Shown: positions 1-9,254 of the stretch, one piece after another
How positions within the stretch are numbered: position 1 is the first letter of the stretch
Layout: each line of letters starts with the position of its first letter
Program-made: the position numbers and the translations under genes
The notes under the pieces: model-generated
Seen by the model: the letters and a program-made list of their open reading frames with translations, nothing else
What the model was told of the DNA's origin: nothing
Database searches by the model: none
Origin: a virus
Taxonomy: Duplodnaviria > Caudoviricetes
Length of the DNA stretch: 35,635 nt
Virus record (IMG/VR): IMGVR_UViG_3300049846_001398
Location: 1 to 35,635 of that record
Strand: one strand, 5' to 3'

Positions 1-186
1 TCCCAAAGCGGTTCCAACTGCCACCTCTGGAACACCCTCAAGGAGACCATCTGGACCCTTCCCACCAAACTGTTCGGGTAGACCTTTTCCTTCGACAGTG
101 TTTTGAAGGAACTTCCCAAGGCTTGAGCCATAGACGGTGCCAGCAGGACCACCAACCGATCCGATGGCTCCACCTGCTATAGGTCC
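1..186. repeat. Terminal direct repeat / circular overlap, left copy
   Basis: Matches 35450-35635 except at 98 (g vs a at 35547) and 105 (g vs t at 35554). Confidence 0.97.
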
Positions 187-318
187 AATGTTCTCTTTGA
201 GATACTTTTCAGCATTTGGCCTGTCTTCCTCAAAACGCTTCAACAACATTTGGCCCAATTGATCGTAGCCAACTGTTTCATCCCATTGCCTTGCATTGTT
301 AGGAGTTGGGCTTGGCAT
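1..318 (-). CDS. 5' part of the ART-PolyVal-like protein, continuing across the circular junction into 35449..34286 (about 493 aa in total)
   Basis: ATG at 318 opens MPSPTPNNARQWDETVGYDQLGQMLLKRFEEDRPNAEKYLKENIGPIAGGAIGSVGGPAG..., in frame with the 34286..35473 ORF through the overlap. Confidence 0.85.
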   Translation of the reverse strand, partial: MPSPTPNNARQWDETVGYDQLGQMLLKRFEEDRPNAEKYLKENIGPIAGGAIGSVGGPAGTVYGSSLGKFLQNTVEGKGLPEQFGGKGPDGLLEGVPEVAVGTALG

Positions 319-329
319 AGGGAACCTGC

Positions 330-542
330 TCAGTTGATCAATAGGGGGTAGACCTTAATTGCCCCATAGCCAAGCCCAAGGAGAATGACCACAACCAGTA
401 GGAAAAACAGGTTGGTGATCACAATGTTCCTTGTGACCTCTTTTGATGATTTGGTCTTAATGTTGATTTCAATGGCATGAGACTTCAAAAACTCAACGAT
501 GTCTCTTAGGTTTGTCTTTAGCCAGTTTAGGATGTCTGACAT
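330..542 (-). CDS. Small membrane protein with one C-terminal TM helix, holin candidate (alternative start at 578)
   Basis: Hydrophobic NLFFLLVVVILLGLGYGAI; AAGGA SD before ATG 542; at the end of the tail genes. Confidence 0.6.
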   Translation of the reverse strand: MSDILNWLKTNLRDIVEFLKSHAIEINIKTKSSKEVTRNIVITNLFFLLVVVILLGLGYGAIKVYPLLIN

Positions 543-660
543 GAGAAGATTCCTTTTTGTGAAAATAAAGTTCCCCATCTGCTTTGACGGTCACCTCCAT
601 CTTTTTGATGGAGGATTTGGTGTTTTCAAAGTTGAGTCCTACTGTCTTGAGAAGGTCCAT
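493..660 (-). CDS. Small basic hypothetical protein (55 aa), not in the ORF track
   Basis: GAGGTGA SD then MDLLKTVGLNFENTKSSIKKMEVTVKADGELYFHKKESSHVRHPKLAKDKPKRHR; fills the gap between neighbouring genes. Confidence 0.6.
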   Translation of the reverse strand: MDLLKTVGLNFENTKSSIKKMEVTVKADGELYFHKKESSHVRHPKLAKDKPKRHR

Positions 661-663
661 GGA

Positions 664-1314
664 TCACCTCACCCAAATACATCGATTCAGTGATGTTGTG
701 GCATCGTTCTGTTGTAGTTCGACAGAATGTAGGGTTCCTTGATTGGTGAAACTTGAAGTGATTGACTTTGAGCCTGCTGAAACGCTTGCGGAATACCAGC
801 CAGCAGAATGGTAAGTGTTGGCACCCGTTGAAATACTCGTATTTGTAGAGGCAACTGAGTCAACCTTTACAAATGGTGAACCACCGTAAAATGAACAAAG
901 GCTCTGATTCCAAACAATGCCAGTGGCAGAGGTGACTAGGGTATCACTTGGGTTTGTGGTCAACGTTGAAACCAAACTATCTGCTCCAAGTGTTACATTC
1001 GAAAACGATATTGCATGTAAGGTGCAGGTTGAAGCAGGGTTTGAGTCATAGGTGATTACAATGTTGTTGGTTCCTGTTGAGGGACTTACCAATTTAAAGA
1101 TGTAGTTTTTGACGGTTCCACCAAGAGTATAGGCCGTTTGCATTGAGGTCATGCTCACACCATTGTAGGAAACATCAGTGATGGACCTAGCGGCTGGACA
1201 TGCGGCATAAGCCAAAAGTAGTCGATTGCTTCCAGATACAGCCAAAGAAATGGTTGCTGTAGAGGAACCTTGAAAGAACTCTGTATTGGTCTCTGCTCCT
1301 ACTGTAACTGCCAT
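664..1314 (-). CDS. Putative tail-fibre-associated beta-rich structural protein
   Basis: S/T/G/N-rich; VSYNGVSMT...PSTGTNNIVIT pattern typical of phage tail accessory beta-sandwich proteins; downstream of the tail fibre. Confidence 0.65.
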   Translation of the reverse strand: MAVTVGAETNTEFFQGSSTATISLAVSGSNRLLLAYAACPAARSITDVSYNGVSMTSMQTAYTLGGTVKNYIFKLVSPSTGTNNIVITYDSNPASTCTLHAISFSNVTLGADSLVSTLTTNPSDTLVTSATGIVWNQSLCSFYGGSPFVKVDSVASTNTSISTGANTYHSAGWYSASVSAGSKSITSSFTNQGTLHSVELQQNDATTSLNRCIWVR

Positions 1315-1316
1315 AA

Positions 1317-1604
1317 TTAAGCCCCCTCTGGATTGTTCAGGTCAGTGATCAGAGGCAATCCCATGTAGTTAGATGAAACATACCAATCGCCACCATACGC
1401 CAATGGAGTCACTTCAAAAAACTCGGACACAATCTTTGCCCCAATTTGAAGGTCTGTATCATTGGCGACAATCCATGACCTAAAGAGGTCATAGTTATTA
1501 GCGGCATTGAGAGTGTCCAAATCAGCCCTATCATTCACATATCCAATAGGGGTCGATTGAAAGGAGCCGCCAACAATTTCAAATCTGCTCACAATGAATG
1601 GCAT
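1317..1604 (-). CDS. Hypothetical protein, possibly tail fibre accessory
   Basis: Tightly packed ORF with AGGGGG SD in the tail cluster. Confidence 0.65.
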   Translation of the reverse strand: MPFIVSRFEIVGGSFQSTPIGYVNDRADLDTLNAANNYDLFRSWIVANDTDLQIGAKIVSEFFEVTPLAYGGDWYVSSNYMGLPLITDLNNPEGA

Positions 1605-1615
1605 CTTTTCCCCCT

Positions 1616-2782
1616 TTAGGATGTCTTTCTAACTTTGAGAGCCAAAGTTGCCCTAGTGATCAGAGTAGGTGTTTGGTCAACGTGGAATACCAAGATGTCC
1701 CCTGCTGATATGCCAGACCATGTGGTAAGGGAAGCGTCCTGTCCTTTGAACCCATTGGTGATGGTTGGTTTCTCAGAACCAACTATTGAGGCATTGCCGC
1801 TTATAAATGTCGAACCTGTCCATGTAGCATAAGTACTTCTTCTGACATCAACGGAGAGTGAACCAGATATGTTAGAGAGCAAATCCCATGACACAGGTGT
1901 TACGTTCCAAGGAACCTCAACAAATCCAGCAGAGCCAGATGCAATGACACCACCACCACCATCGATCACATAGTTGATGATGGATGTGTCGCCTATGAAC
2001 GTGGTTCCTGAGAAGGTAGTTCCTGTGAAAGACCCGCCAACAATGACTGAACCAGAAATGGTGGTCCCATTAAAGGTTCCACCTGAATAGGCATTTCCGA
2101 CAATGATGTTGCTTCTAATTGCTCCCCAAGGATTTGCAACGGTTCCAAGTGAGGCTGTTCCACTGTCCCAAGGATAGAGGACATTGGTTGAACTACCCGA
2201 AACCATCACACCCGCACTATTTACATTGAGAGAATGAAGCCCTGGACCTGAGATGTTTGTCTCAAGAGAAGCCCCACCATTGGACACCTTCACAGTTCCG
2301 GCCGCACCTGCTGTGCTGGCTAAAAGATAGGTGTTTCCGTTTTCAATGCTCAAAATTGAGGATGTCGTTGAACCAACCGATGAAAGTGTAAAAGGGTCCC
2401 CTCCACCAACACCCGTATTGGTTCCAATGATGGCTCCTGAGGGCAGAGTGAGCCTCTTGGTAGAGGTATTCAGGGTCCAATCGCTGTTGCTGAGTTGGGT
2501 GCCAGCCGTGCCACTATAGATGGCAAGAGCCATATCTGTAGAAGATGATGGACCACTGACATTGCCAAAACCACTACCTGAGACTGTAATGGTAGTTCCT
2601 GCTGTAGTTACTGAGACATCACCAGCGCCAGCAATCGTGACTGTTCCTGTGACCCCGTTGATTGAGTTGACCCCATTTGATGTAAGACTCTCGATGGCAT
2701 TGCCACTGCTATCTACCAACAAGACCTTTTGAGTCTGTCCGATTACAGCCGCAAGACCACCATTTATGATGTTTGTGGACAT
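1616..2782 (-). CDS. Tail fibre / spike protein
   Basis: GVNSINGVTGTVTI and GNVSGPSSSTDMALAIYSGTAG fibre motifs, G-T-F pentapeptide run, C-terminal ISAGDILVFHVD domain. Confidence 0.8.
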   Translation of the reverse strand: MSTNIINGGLAAVIGQTQKVLLVDSSGNAIESLTSNGVNSINGVTGTVTIAGAGDVSVTTAGTTITVSGSGFGNVSGPSSSTDMALAIYSGTAGTQLSNSDWTLNTSTKRLTLPSGAIIGTNTGVGGGDPFTLSSVGSTTSSILSIENGNTYLLASTAGAAGTVKVSNGGASLETNISGPGLHSLNVNSAGVMVSGSSTNVLYPWDSGTASLGTVANPWGAIRSNIIVGNAYSGGTFNGTTISGSVIVGGSFTGTTFSGTTFIGDTSIINYVIDGGGGVIASGSAGFVEVPWNVTPVSWDLLSNISGSLSVDVRRSTYATWTGSTFISGNASIVGSEKPTITNGFKGQDASLTTWSGISAGDILVFHVDQTPTLITRATLALKVRKTS

Positions 2783-2794
2783 TTGATTCTCCTT

Positions 2795-2983
2795 TTAGCG
2801 TAAAGCATTGCCGTTTGAGTCAACGGGCAGGCATTGGATTGTGGAACTGATGATCGTTGCAACGTTGTTGGGAAGAATCGGTGTGTTTGAGGTGATCTCT
2901 TCTCCCGTTGAACTGATTGGCATTCCTTGAGTGGTCTGACTCTTCACTGTGGCAAGGTCGCCATTGATGATATTTACTGGCAT
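2795..2983 (-). CDS. Small protein paralogous to the tail-fibre N-terminus
   Basis: AAGGAG SD; NIINGDLA...PVDSNGNAL resembles the fibre N-terminus NIINGGLA...LVDSSGNAI. Confidence 0.75.
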   Translation of the reverse strand: MPVNIINGDLATVKSQTTQGMPISSTGEEITSNTPILPNNVATIISSTIQCLPVDSNGNALR

Positions 2984-2993
2984 TGGTTACTCC

Positions 2994-4526
2994 TTAGTTC
3001 TTCTTGGGAGAAGAGGACGATTTTGAAAGTCTCTCATACAGCAATTGGGATGGACTGATAGGACTTGCATTCAAGAGCCCTGCACCCAACTCAAAGCCTC
3101 TTTGAGTATAGTTCTTGGGGTCAAGGTAGCCAGGTTGGGACTCTGATCCATATTTCAGTCTGTTCTTACCCATCGATCTGGACATCTTGGCTTGAAGGTC
3201 ACCAAGTTCCCCTGATAGTTGTTCTAGGGCAGATGAGGTCTCAGGGCTGATAAGTGAGCCTCTGCCCCTCTTTGCCGCCATCTCTCTGAGCATGATCAGT
3301 TGTCTTGGTTTGAGTCCCAAGATGTCTTCAAAACTGAGTCCACTTGCCCTTCCACCTTGAAACCTGTTCCTAAGGGACTTGAGAATGTCGGTAAAAAAGT
3401 CTGGGTCATTCAACTTGGATAGAATTTGTTCATCCGTCATGTCTGAGAACTGTCTTGGGAACTCTGCTTTCAGTTCTGCTACCAAATCGGCATTCGACAT
3501 GGAACCAGAAGAGGCAAGGTCTACATCGTCCATAGCCCCAAGAGGCAAATCTTCGATAGCCAGAGGGCTTGCAGATGCCTCTCTGCTCAAGGGTCCATGA
3601 ACGTCACCAAACTCAAGAGAGGCATTGTTTGAAGGATCCGCTATTTGACGCTTTGCGGCCTCCAATTCCTCTTGAGCGTTCTGGAAAACCTTCTTGATTG
3701 GTGAATTGACTCTGGCTAGTTCAGCCTCTTCCTGAATAGGTGTTCCTCTGGTGATTTTGGTGACGTTTACGGCCTCATCCCCTATGGGGGTTGTCTCTAC
3801 CTTTCCAAGTTTTCGTGCCATGATTTCACCCAAGCCTTCAACTTGGGGTCTGACACTGATCCCTTTGACGGTTTCAGGTAGGGCAGTCGCCATTGGAGCC
3901 GCCAAACGGGACAGACCTTCTGTGACTGCTCCAAGGGCGGCTTGCTTGCCGACATCACCCCATCGAGTTGGCATGTCTGTGTTGTAAATCTTGTTTCCAA
4001 TTTGCTGATTCGCATATTCACCCAAACCACTTCCTACACCTGCTCCACCTACGCTTCCAAGAGCAACTGTTGCAGGATTGCCACCACCGAGACCCAAAAG
4101 AGTTCCTACCCCTAGGCCACCAATGCTTCCCACTGCTGGCAATGCTCCATGAACAAGACTTCCAATGAAGCCTGGTTTGAGCCTTGTTCCAAGTCCATCA
4201 ACGAAGGTGTTGTGGAGACTTGCATCAATGGTCCCGTCTTTTGAGTTTTGGTTTGCAAAGCGTTGATAGAGGTCTTTGTCCACCATGTAAAGGTCATCAA
4301 TCGACCTCACAATGTCGTTCCCCTCAGAGTCCAACTTGGGGAGAAGCATGATCTTTCCGCTTTGGTAGGCAGGGGTGGATTTTACAAACTTCAATGCCTC
4401 TTCAAAACTTGGGGCAAAGGCTAGTTTGGTCCCTTCATTTACAGATAGTCCCTCAGGTCCAGTGCCAGTCATAGACTGAGCAGTGGCGTTGATGGCTTGC
4501 GGGGTTGAGGTCAAATTCTCTGGCAT
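2994..4526 (-). CDS. Putative internal virion / DNA ejection protein with glycine-zipper segment (start re-called at MPENLT)
   Basis: GSIGGLGVGTLLGLGGG...GSVGGAGVGSGLG membrane-like segment; AAGGA SD before 4526; position between nozzle and fibre as for P22 gp7/gp20/gp16. Confidence 0.65.
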   Translation of the reverse strand: MPENLTSTPQAINATAQSMTGTGPEGLSVNEGTKLAFAPSFEEALKFVKSTPAYQSGKIMLLPKLDSEGNDIVRSIDDLYMVDKDLYQRFANQNSKDGTIDASLHNTFVDGLGTRLKPGFIGSLVHGALPAVGSIGGLGVGTLLGLGGGNPATVALGSVGGAGVGSGLGEYANQQIGNKIYNTDMPTRWGDVGKQAALGAVTEGLSRLAAPMATALPETVKGISVRPQVEGLGEIMARKLGKVETTPIGDEAVNVTKITRGTPIQEEAELARVNSPIKKVFQNAQEELEAAKRQIADPSNNASLEFGDVHGPLSREASASPLAIEDLPLGAMDDVDLASSGSMSNADLVAELKAEFPRQFSDMTDEQILSKLNDPDFFTDILKSLRNRFQGGRASGLSFEDILGLKPRQLIMLREMAAKRGRGSLISPETSSALEQLSGELGDLQAKMSRSMGKNRLKYGSESQPGYLDPKNYTQRGFELGAGLLNASPISPSQLLYERLSKSSSSPKKN

Positions 4527-4530
4527 AGTC

Positions 4531-6990
4531 TTAGTATCCTTTAGGCGTTTTGACACGAGTGCCTGGGTTGGTGGCTGGCTCCTGCTTACTTGGCATTGCA
4601 GCGCCACCCGCATTTTTCAAAATGTCCTTAACTGCTTTCACTGTGGCAGGAATCTGTTCTGCCATAATCTTGCCTTTCTGTTCTGTCTCTACAGCCGTGT
4701 CACCTGCCGCACGATTGCCAAGTTCCTCTTGGGCAGAAGTCCAGTAGGGGATGTTGTTGTTTGCGAAATCTGGATTGGTCCACTTGCTGTGAAGCATTTC
4801 GAAAGTATCACTAGATGGGGAAACAACTGAGACCTTCACAGACTGCTTCTTATCGACCTCAGGGAAGCCAAAGGCATCACGTTTGGAAGGGTTGATAGGA
4901 GCCTGATGAAGGGCATAGTGGGCAAAGATGTCATCGCCAACTGAGGTTCCATCCTCTCTTACTAGGCGGTTGCCATCCCATTTTGCTGGCAGTGAAGGTT
5001 TTCCTTCACGATCAGTCATTGCAATGAGGTCAGTTGGTTTGTTGTTCTTGTCCAAGATGTGTGGTGCGCCTTTTGCGTCGATTGCAACGTTACTTCCATC
5101 CCTAATGAAGCCGATAGCCAGTTTGTTGCCTTCCAAGGTGTGAGCAAAGGCAGGTGGCGCTTCGATAGCAGGGGCATAGGTTGATGTTTTGGCAGACTGC
5201 TCAATGGTGTTTCCTCTCAAGAACTCTTGTATTTCAAGAGGGACATTGGCTCCCGGCCTCTCAAAGAATGAGGTCAATGCAGTTTCTAGTTCATCATGAA
5301 CACCCTTTAGAGACTCCCAAATGACAGGGACGTTTCTTGGGTTGATCACCTGACCCTTGAACATGCCAAGTAGACCCTCAAACTTCTGTTGGAGTGGGAT
5401 CATTTGTTCCTTCAACTCGTTTGGAACGTCTTGCTGTGTGACCTTTTTCATCTGCTGGACCAATTGTTCAGCAGTGGATTGGGCTGTCTTGTAATCACCC
5501 CTTGTGAGGGCTGAGTCTAGGTCGCCTGAAATGGCGTTGAAGTTCTTGAGTCCCTGAGAGATGGAATCAATGTATTTCTTCTCATCGGAACCCTGAACAT
5601 AGATGCCATAGTCATTGGCTCTCTCTTTGGCTGATTTGGCTTGAGCAAGTTCAGCATTGTGGGTATCTATGGCATTCTTCTTGAGAGCCTGAATCTTGGA
5701 CTGAATCTCTAACTTCTCAGCGCCAGTCCTTGCCATTGCCAAAGCCTGTTTTTCAGCCATGTCCAGTCTGATAAGGTCAGTATTGAACTTTTCATTTATC
5801 TGCTGGATGGTTTGGTTGCCAAAGTCAGGCATGACCCTCTTTGGAGGATTGAAATAGTCCGTCCTCTCTGATCCGTCTGCTGAGGATGGAACTGAGTCCC
5901 CTGTGGATCCATAGGACTGTTTTGGATATAGGGTTCCCAAGCCAAGAGCCTGAGTGACTACATCCCAACCGCCAGGACCAAGGGGTGACATGCCTAGTCC
6001 CTGCTTTAAGATTCCTAATATGCTGTCGGGGTTCTCGGTGAACTTGGTCTGATTGCCTCTGGAATCGGTCTCTGGACCCATCACAGCGTTCAATGTGTTT
6101 CCGACAATAGCCAGTGGATTGCCCTGCTTCAAAGCAGAGCCAACTCCTTTGACTACATTCTTACCCCTATCGAAGACTTCATCTAAGAAGCCCCCACCAT
6201 CCTCTTTTGCAGAGGACAATTGGTTTGCAAGTGTTTGAATCTTTTGAACGTCTGGTTGGCTTGATGCCATTTCTGCCTTGAGTTGTTCTGCAATCTGATC
6301 AAGATGGCTATTTCTGTCCGCTTCTTGGACCTGGGATTTGAGTCCCATTGCCTTCTGAACCAACTCTCGTCTTTCGACATCCTCAGGGCTTGTGAAGACG
6401 TTTTGGACGCCATCTTTCACTCCCCTACCAACCGTCCCTATGGTGTCAGTGAGGACTTTGCCGACAGAGTGGACACCCTGCCCAACACCCTCAGCCGCCC
6501 CACCCAATGTGTTGGCTATCACCTGAGATATGAGTTTGGTGGTTGGTTGATCGGCGACCTGACCCATCAAGAGTCCTTTTCCAACTGCCTGCGCTCCTGT
6601 ATTGACTGCCTCAGGGTAGTTTCCAGCCTTAAATTGAGCAGAAGCATCAGGCCACCTTGGGTCCATAGCGGTTGAGCCAGCCATTCCTAATGGTAGGGCG
6701 GCTCCTTTGAGGGCGGCTTGGGTCATTGGGTTCTGCAATGCTTCTCCCAAACCAATGCCAGCCATAGCCCCACCTGCCAACTTGTTGGAAGGCTGATTTG
6801 GGCTAGGAAGGGCATTCTGATCATCCATAGGTGGAAGGTCAGGGAAGGGAAGCCCCTGTTCATCGGTGATTGGGGGCGGGATCATGTCAACAGGACCATC
6901 CATCATTGGCGGTTTCAACTTGCCAAGTGAGGGGATGGAGTCAACTAAAGCCTTCATCTGTTCAGGGGTAAGTAGATTGTCTGTAGGCAT
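4531..6990 (-). CDS. Large putative internal virion / ejection protein (819 aa)
   Basis: Pro-rich N-terminus, Gly/Ala amphipathic segments, coiled coils; AAGGAG SD; gene order. Confidence 0.65.
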   Translation of the reverse strand: MPTDNLLTPEQMKALVDSIPSLGKLKPPMMDGPVDMIPPPITDEQGLPFPDLPPMDDQNALPSPNQPSNKLAGGAMAGIGLGEALQNPMTQAALKGAALPLGMAGSTAMDPRWPDASAQFKAGNYPEAVNTGAQAVGKGLLMGQVADQPTTKLISQVIANTLGGAAEGVGQGVHSVGKVLTDTIGTVGRGVKDGVQNVFTSPEDVERRELVQKAMGLKSQVQEADRNSHLDQIAEQLKAEMASSQPDVQKIQTLANQLSSAKEDGGGFLDEVFDRGKNVVKGVGSALKQGNPLAIVGNTLNAVMGPETDSRGNQTKFTENPDSILGILKQGLGMSPLGPGGWDVVTQALGLGTLYPKQSYGSTGDSVPSSADGSERTDYFNPPKRVMPDFGNQTIQQINEKFNTDLIRLDMAEKQALAMARTGAEKLEIQSKIQALKKNAIDTHNAELAQAKSAKERANDYGIYVQGSDEKKYIDSISQGLKNFNAISGDLDSALTRGDYKTAQSTAEQLVQQMKKVTQQDVPNELKEQMIPLQQKFEGLLGMFKGQVINPRNVPVIWESLKGVHDELETALTSFFERPGANVPLEIQEFLRGNTIEQSAKTSTYAPAIEAPPAFAHTLEGNKLAIGFIRDGSNVAIDAKGAPHILDKNNKPTDLIAMTDREGKPSLPAKWDGNRLVREDGTSVGDDIFAHYALHQAPINPSKRDAFGFPEVDKKQSVKVSVVSPSSDTFEMLHSKWTNPDFANNNIPYWTSAQEELGNRAAGDTAVETEQKGKIMAEQIPATVKAVKDILKNAGGAAMPSKQEPATNPGTRVKTPKGY

Positions 6991-7000
6991 CTAGTTCTCC

Positions 7001-7489
7001 TTAGTAGTTGCCAAAGAGATTGGCAATTCCACCGATAGGACCAAAGGCAGTCGAAAGAGCCTGTGCCCTGTTTTGCCTCTCAGCCTCAGCCAAGCCAGCA
7101 TCAGTTCTGTATTGCTGTTGCTGTAGACCGTACTTGTTGAGATTGAATTGATTGGCGGCATTCATCTGAGCAAGTTTGTCCTGCCAACCCTGCAAGGCAT
7201 TTTGGTTTTGGATGTTCATAGCGTTCTGACCCATCTGACCTGCCAAATCCATCTGCTGTCTGTTGGCGGCTGATGACCTTCCAGCGCCAGTGGCGGCAAG
7301 ACGGGCTTTTGCCAATGCCATCTGGTTGGCGCCAGCCGCATTGCCTTGGGCAGTGGCTTGGTTGGCTAGGGCTGATCGGTCAAAGCCCTGAAACCTGTTG
7401 GGGTCACCTTCGTATGCTGGACCCATGCCCGGATTGGTGGGTTGTCCGTATCGTGCTGGTCCCCAAGGTGTTCCTTGTCCGTTTGCCAT
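7001..7489 (-). CDS. Putative internal virion protein (Q/A/N-rich)
   Basis: LAATGAGRSSAA and Q/N-rich helices typical of podovirus ejection proteins; GAGG SD. Confidence 0.65.
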   Translation of the reverse strand: MANGQGTPWGPARYGQPTNPGMGPAYEGDPNRFQGFDRSALANQATAQGNAAGANQMALAKARLAATGAGRSSAANRQQMDLAGQMGQNAMNIQNQNALQGWQDKLAQMNAANQFNLNKYGLQQQQYRTDAGLAEAERQNRAQALSTAFGPIGGIANLFGNY

Positions 7490-7501
7490 AAATAACCTCT
7501 C

Positions 7502-7888
7502 TTATTGTCCTAACGTGGACTTTGATTTCGCTAATGCGGCACTGTCTGCATCTTCTCTGGCTCCCAACTTAGCGAGTAACTGACTTGTGAGATCGGTGCC
7601 TTGTTGGTCTTGCCTCTGGTTACCTAGTGGGGGAAGGGCTGGCATATTGCCTGCTGTTCCACTGTTGGACAGAAGATTGACCACATGATTGGTTTGGTTA
7701 CCCAATCGGGAGAAGTTCTGCATGATGTCCTGACCCTCAGGAACCTCATTGAACAAGCCACCCTTTTTGGACTGACCTTGGCCACCTTTGCCACCTGATG
7801 CCATACCTGAGGCGGCTCCACCTGCAATTGCTGAGGTCATACCACCTTCTGTGGCGGCTCCACCTAAGAGACCTGCCATCTGTGCCAT
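7502..7888 (-). CDS. Putative internal virion protein (Gly/Ala-rich)
   Basis: TAATG overlap with the upstream gene; Gly-rich N-terminus. Confidence 0.6.
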   Translation of the reverse strand: MAQMAGLLGGAATEGGMTSAIAGGAASGMASGGKGGQGQSKKGGLFNEVPEGQDIMQNFSRLGNQTNHVVNLLSNSGTAGNMPALPPLGNQRQDQQGTDLTSQLLAKLGAREDADSAALAKSKSTLGQ

Positions 7889-8316
7889 TACTTGCCACCT
7901 TTACCAAACACTGTTGGGTTTTGAGCATTAAAGGTGAAGGTTGTCGAAGGTTTGAGGGCTGATAGGTAGGTGGACCTAAAATTGTCTTCACCTGCTGTGT
8001 TGTTTGTTGGTCTTGGTCCTCTACCTGCAAGAGGGGAAGCGGACGGACTGTTGTAGTAGGGTGATGGGGCAGAGGTTGTAGTGGTTTTTCCCCTTTCACC
8101 CGGTCCCCAAATTGTTCCCTGACCTGTGTTCAAGGCAGAATGGCTGATGTCCATGTCCATTCTGTTTGCCTCTGTTCCCCAAGGCAGACCTGCTCCCGTA
8201 TTGAGGGCTGAATGGCTTGGGTCCATATCCATTCTGTTGTCGGTAGTTCCCCAAGGGGTTCCTGCCCCTGTGAATAGACTGCTTTCCATTGGATTCCAAC
8301 TTGAACTGCTTCCCAT
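7888..8316 (-). CDS. Putative internal virion protein with a 24-aa tandem repeat
   Basis: AAGGAG SD; about 2.5 copies of HSALNTGAGxPWGTxxNRMDMD. Confidence 0.7.
   Translation of the reverse strand: MGSSSSWNPMESSLFTGAGTPWGTTDNRMDMDPSHSALNTGAGLPWGTEANRMDMDISHSALNTGQGTIWGPGERGKTTTTSAPSPYYNSPSASPLAGRGPRPTNNTAGEDNFRSTYLSALKPSTTFTFNAQNPTVFGKGGK
8104..8283 (-). repeat. 72-bp-unit intragenic tandem repeat, about 2.5 copies
   Basis: TGAGTPWGTTDNRMDMDPSHSALN / TGAGLPWGTEANRMDMDISHSALN / TGQGTIWG. Confidence 0.85.
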
Positions 8317-8335
8317 GATGACTCCTTATTTCACC

Positions 8336-8818
8336 TCATGAATTGAAGGAAATGATTTGAAAGGCATTGAAGCCTGAGTTTGTTGCTGAGTTTCCCTTAA
8401 TTACTGTTCCTGTCGATGCTCTCCACTTAATCTCAACCGTGTTGTTGCCAACCCTCAGGGTGTAAAAATATTGGTGGAGCAGTTGATTGAAGCCTGTATG
8501 GTTGAACGGTATTTCAGCCTCTAAGAGTCCATTCACGAAGACCCCTATATACCCCTGACCCTTCAATTGGAGCGTCAAAAGAAATTGGCTGAGAGGATTC
8601 CTTACAGTAAATGACTGAGCATAATTCGGGATGGTCACATAGTCAGAAGAGGTGGTTGAGGTATCTCCACTGTTCACCTCATCTCTATAATTGACGACAA
8701 TTTGACTCAGAATGGCGGTTGAGAAAGACAGAAGGTTCTGCATACAGACAAAAATCTGTTTGTTCTGAGTCTCTTGGTCTTTGTTCAGTTCATTTATTAA
8801 GAGGTCTAGTTTTGCCAT
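8336..8818 (-). CDS. Putative tail needle / minor tail protein
   Basis: N-terminal helix plus beta-sandwich (TTSSDYVTI...GNNTVEIKWR); follows the nozzle. Confidence 0.55.
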   Translation of the reverse strand: MAKLDLLINELNKDQETQNKQIFVCMQNLLSFSTAILSQIVVNYRDEVNSGDTSTTSSDYVTIPNYAQSFTVRNPLSQFLLTLQLKGQGYIGVFVNGLLEAEIPFNHTGFNQLLHQYFYTLRVGNNTVEIKWRASTGTVIKGNSATNSGFNAFQIISFNS

Positions 8819-8822
8819 TGGT

Positions 8823-8849
8823 CCCTACCTATATTTAGTTTCTATAAAA
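8823..8849 (-). promoter_or_regulatory. Phage-specific promoter-like motif TTTTATAGAAACTAAATATAGG
   Basis: Intergenic; recurs at several other intergenic sites. Confidence 0.65.
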
Positions 8850-8854
8850 TCCGT

Positions 8855-9244
8855 TCACTTCTCAGGGATGTTTCCCTCATAAACAAAGGCATCTGACCCA
8901 TCTGAATAAAAGTTGGGGTTGGTCTTGATGAGGTCACACTCATATTTGAGGGCAATGTTTTGGACAGTCTTGTTGTTTCGGCTAGTGATGAAAACTATCT
9001 TTTCAAAACCTGCTCTTCTTGCCTCACTGATCAGAGCCTCTACCCAAGAGCCATCAGACCGTTTTCCAGTGTTCAACGCAAAGTTTACGATCAGACGCTT
9101 GCCCTCATGTGTCAGGGCCAGATAGACAGGTCCACACTTGAAGAACTCCATTAGATTGGGGTTCAAGAGGGTGGCGTGGACCTTTTCGATGGTGTCAACG
9201 GTCTCTAGGTAGAAATGCTCAAAAGTAATCTTTTGGAGTGTCAT
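8855..9244 (-). CDS. GNAT-acetyltransferase-like virion assembly protein (P22 gp14 / T7 gp13 position)
   Basis: EARRAGFEKIVFITSRNNKTVQNIALKY...NFYSDGSDAFVY resembles GNAT motif B; GAGGT SD before 9244. Confidence 0.6.
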   Translation of the reverse strand: MTLQKITFEHFYLETVDTIEKVHATLLNPNLMEFFKCGPVYLALTHEGKRLIVNFALNTGKRSDGSWVEALISEARRAGFEKIVFITSRNNKTVQNIALKYECDLIKTNPNFYSDGSDAFVYEGNIPEK

Positions 9245-9254
9245 TGGGTCCACC

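Noticed and set aside
1-186. Diversity-generating retroelement TR/VR pair
   Set aside because: No reverse transcriptase; the repeat is exactly terminal and explained by circularity
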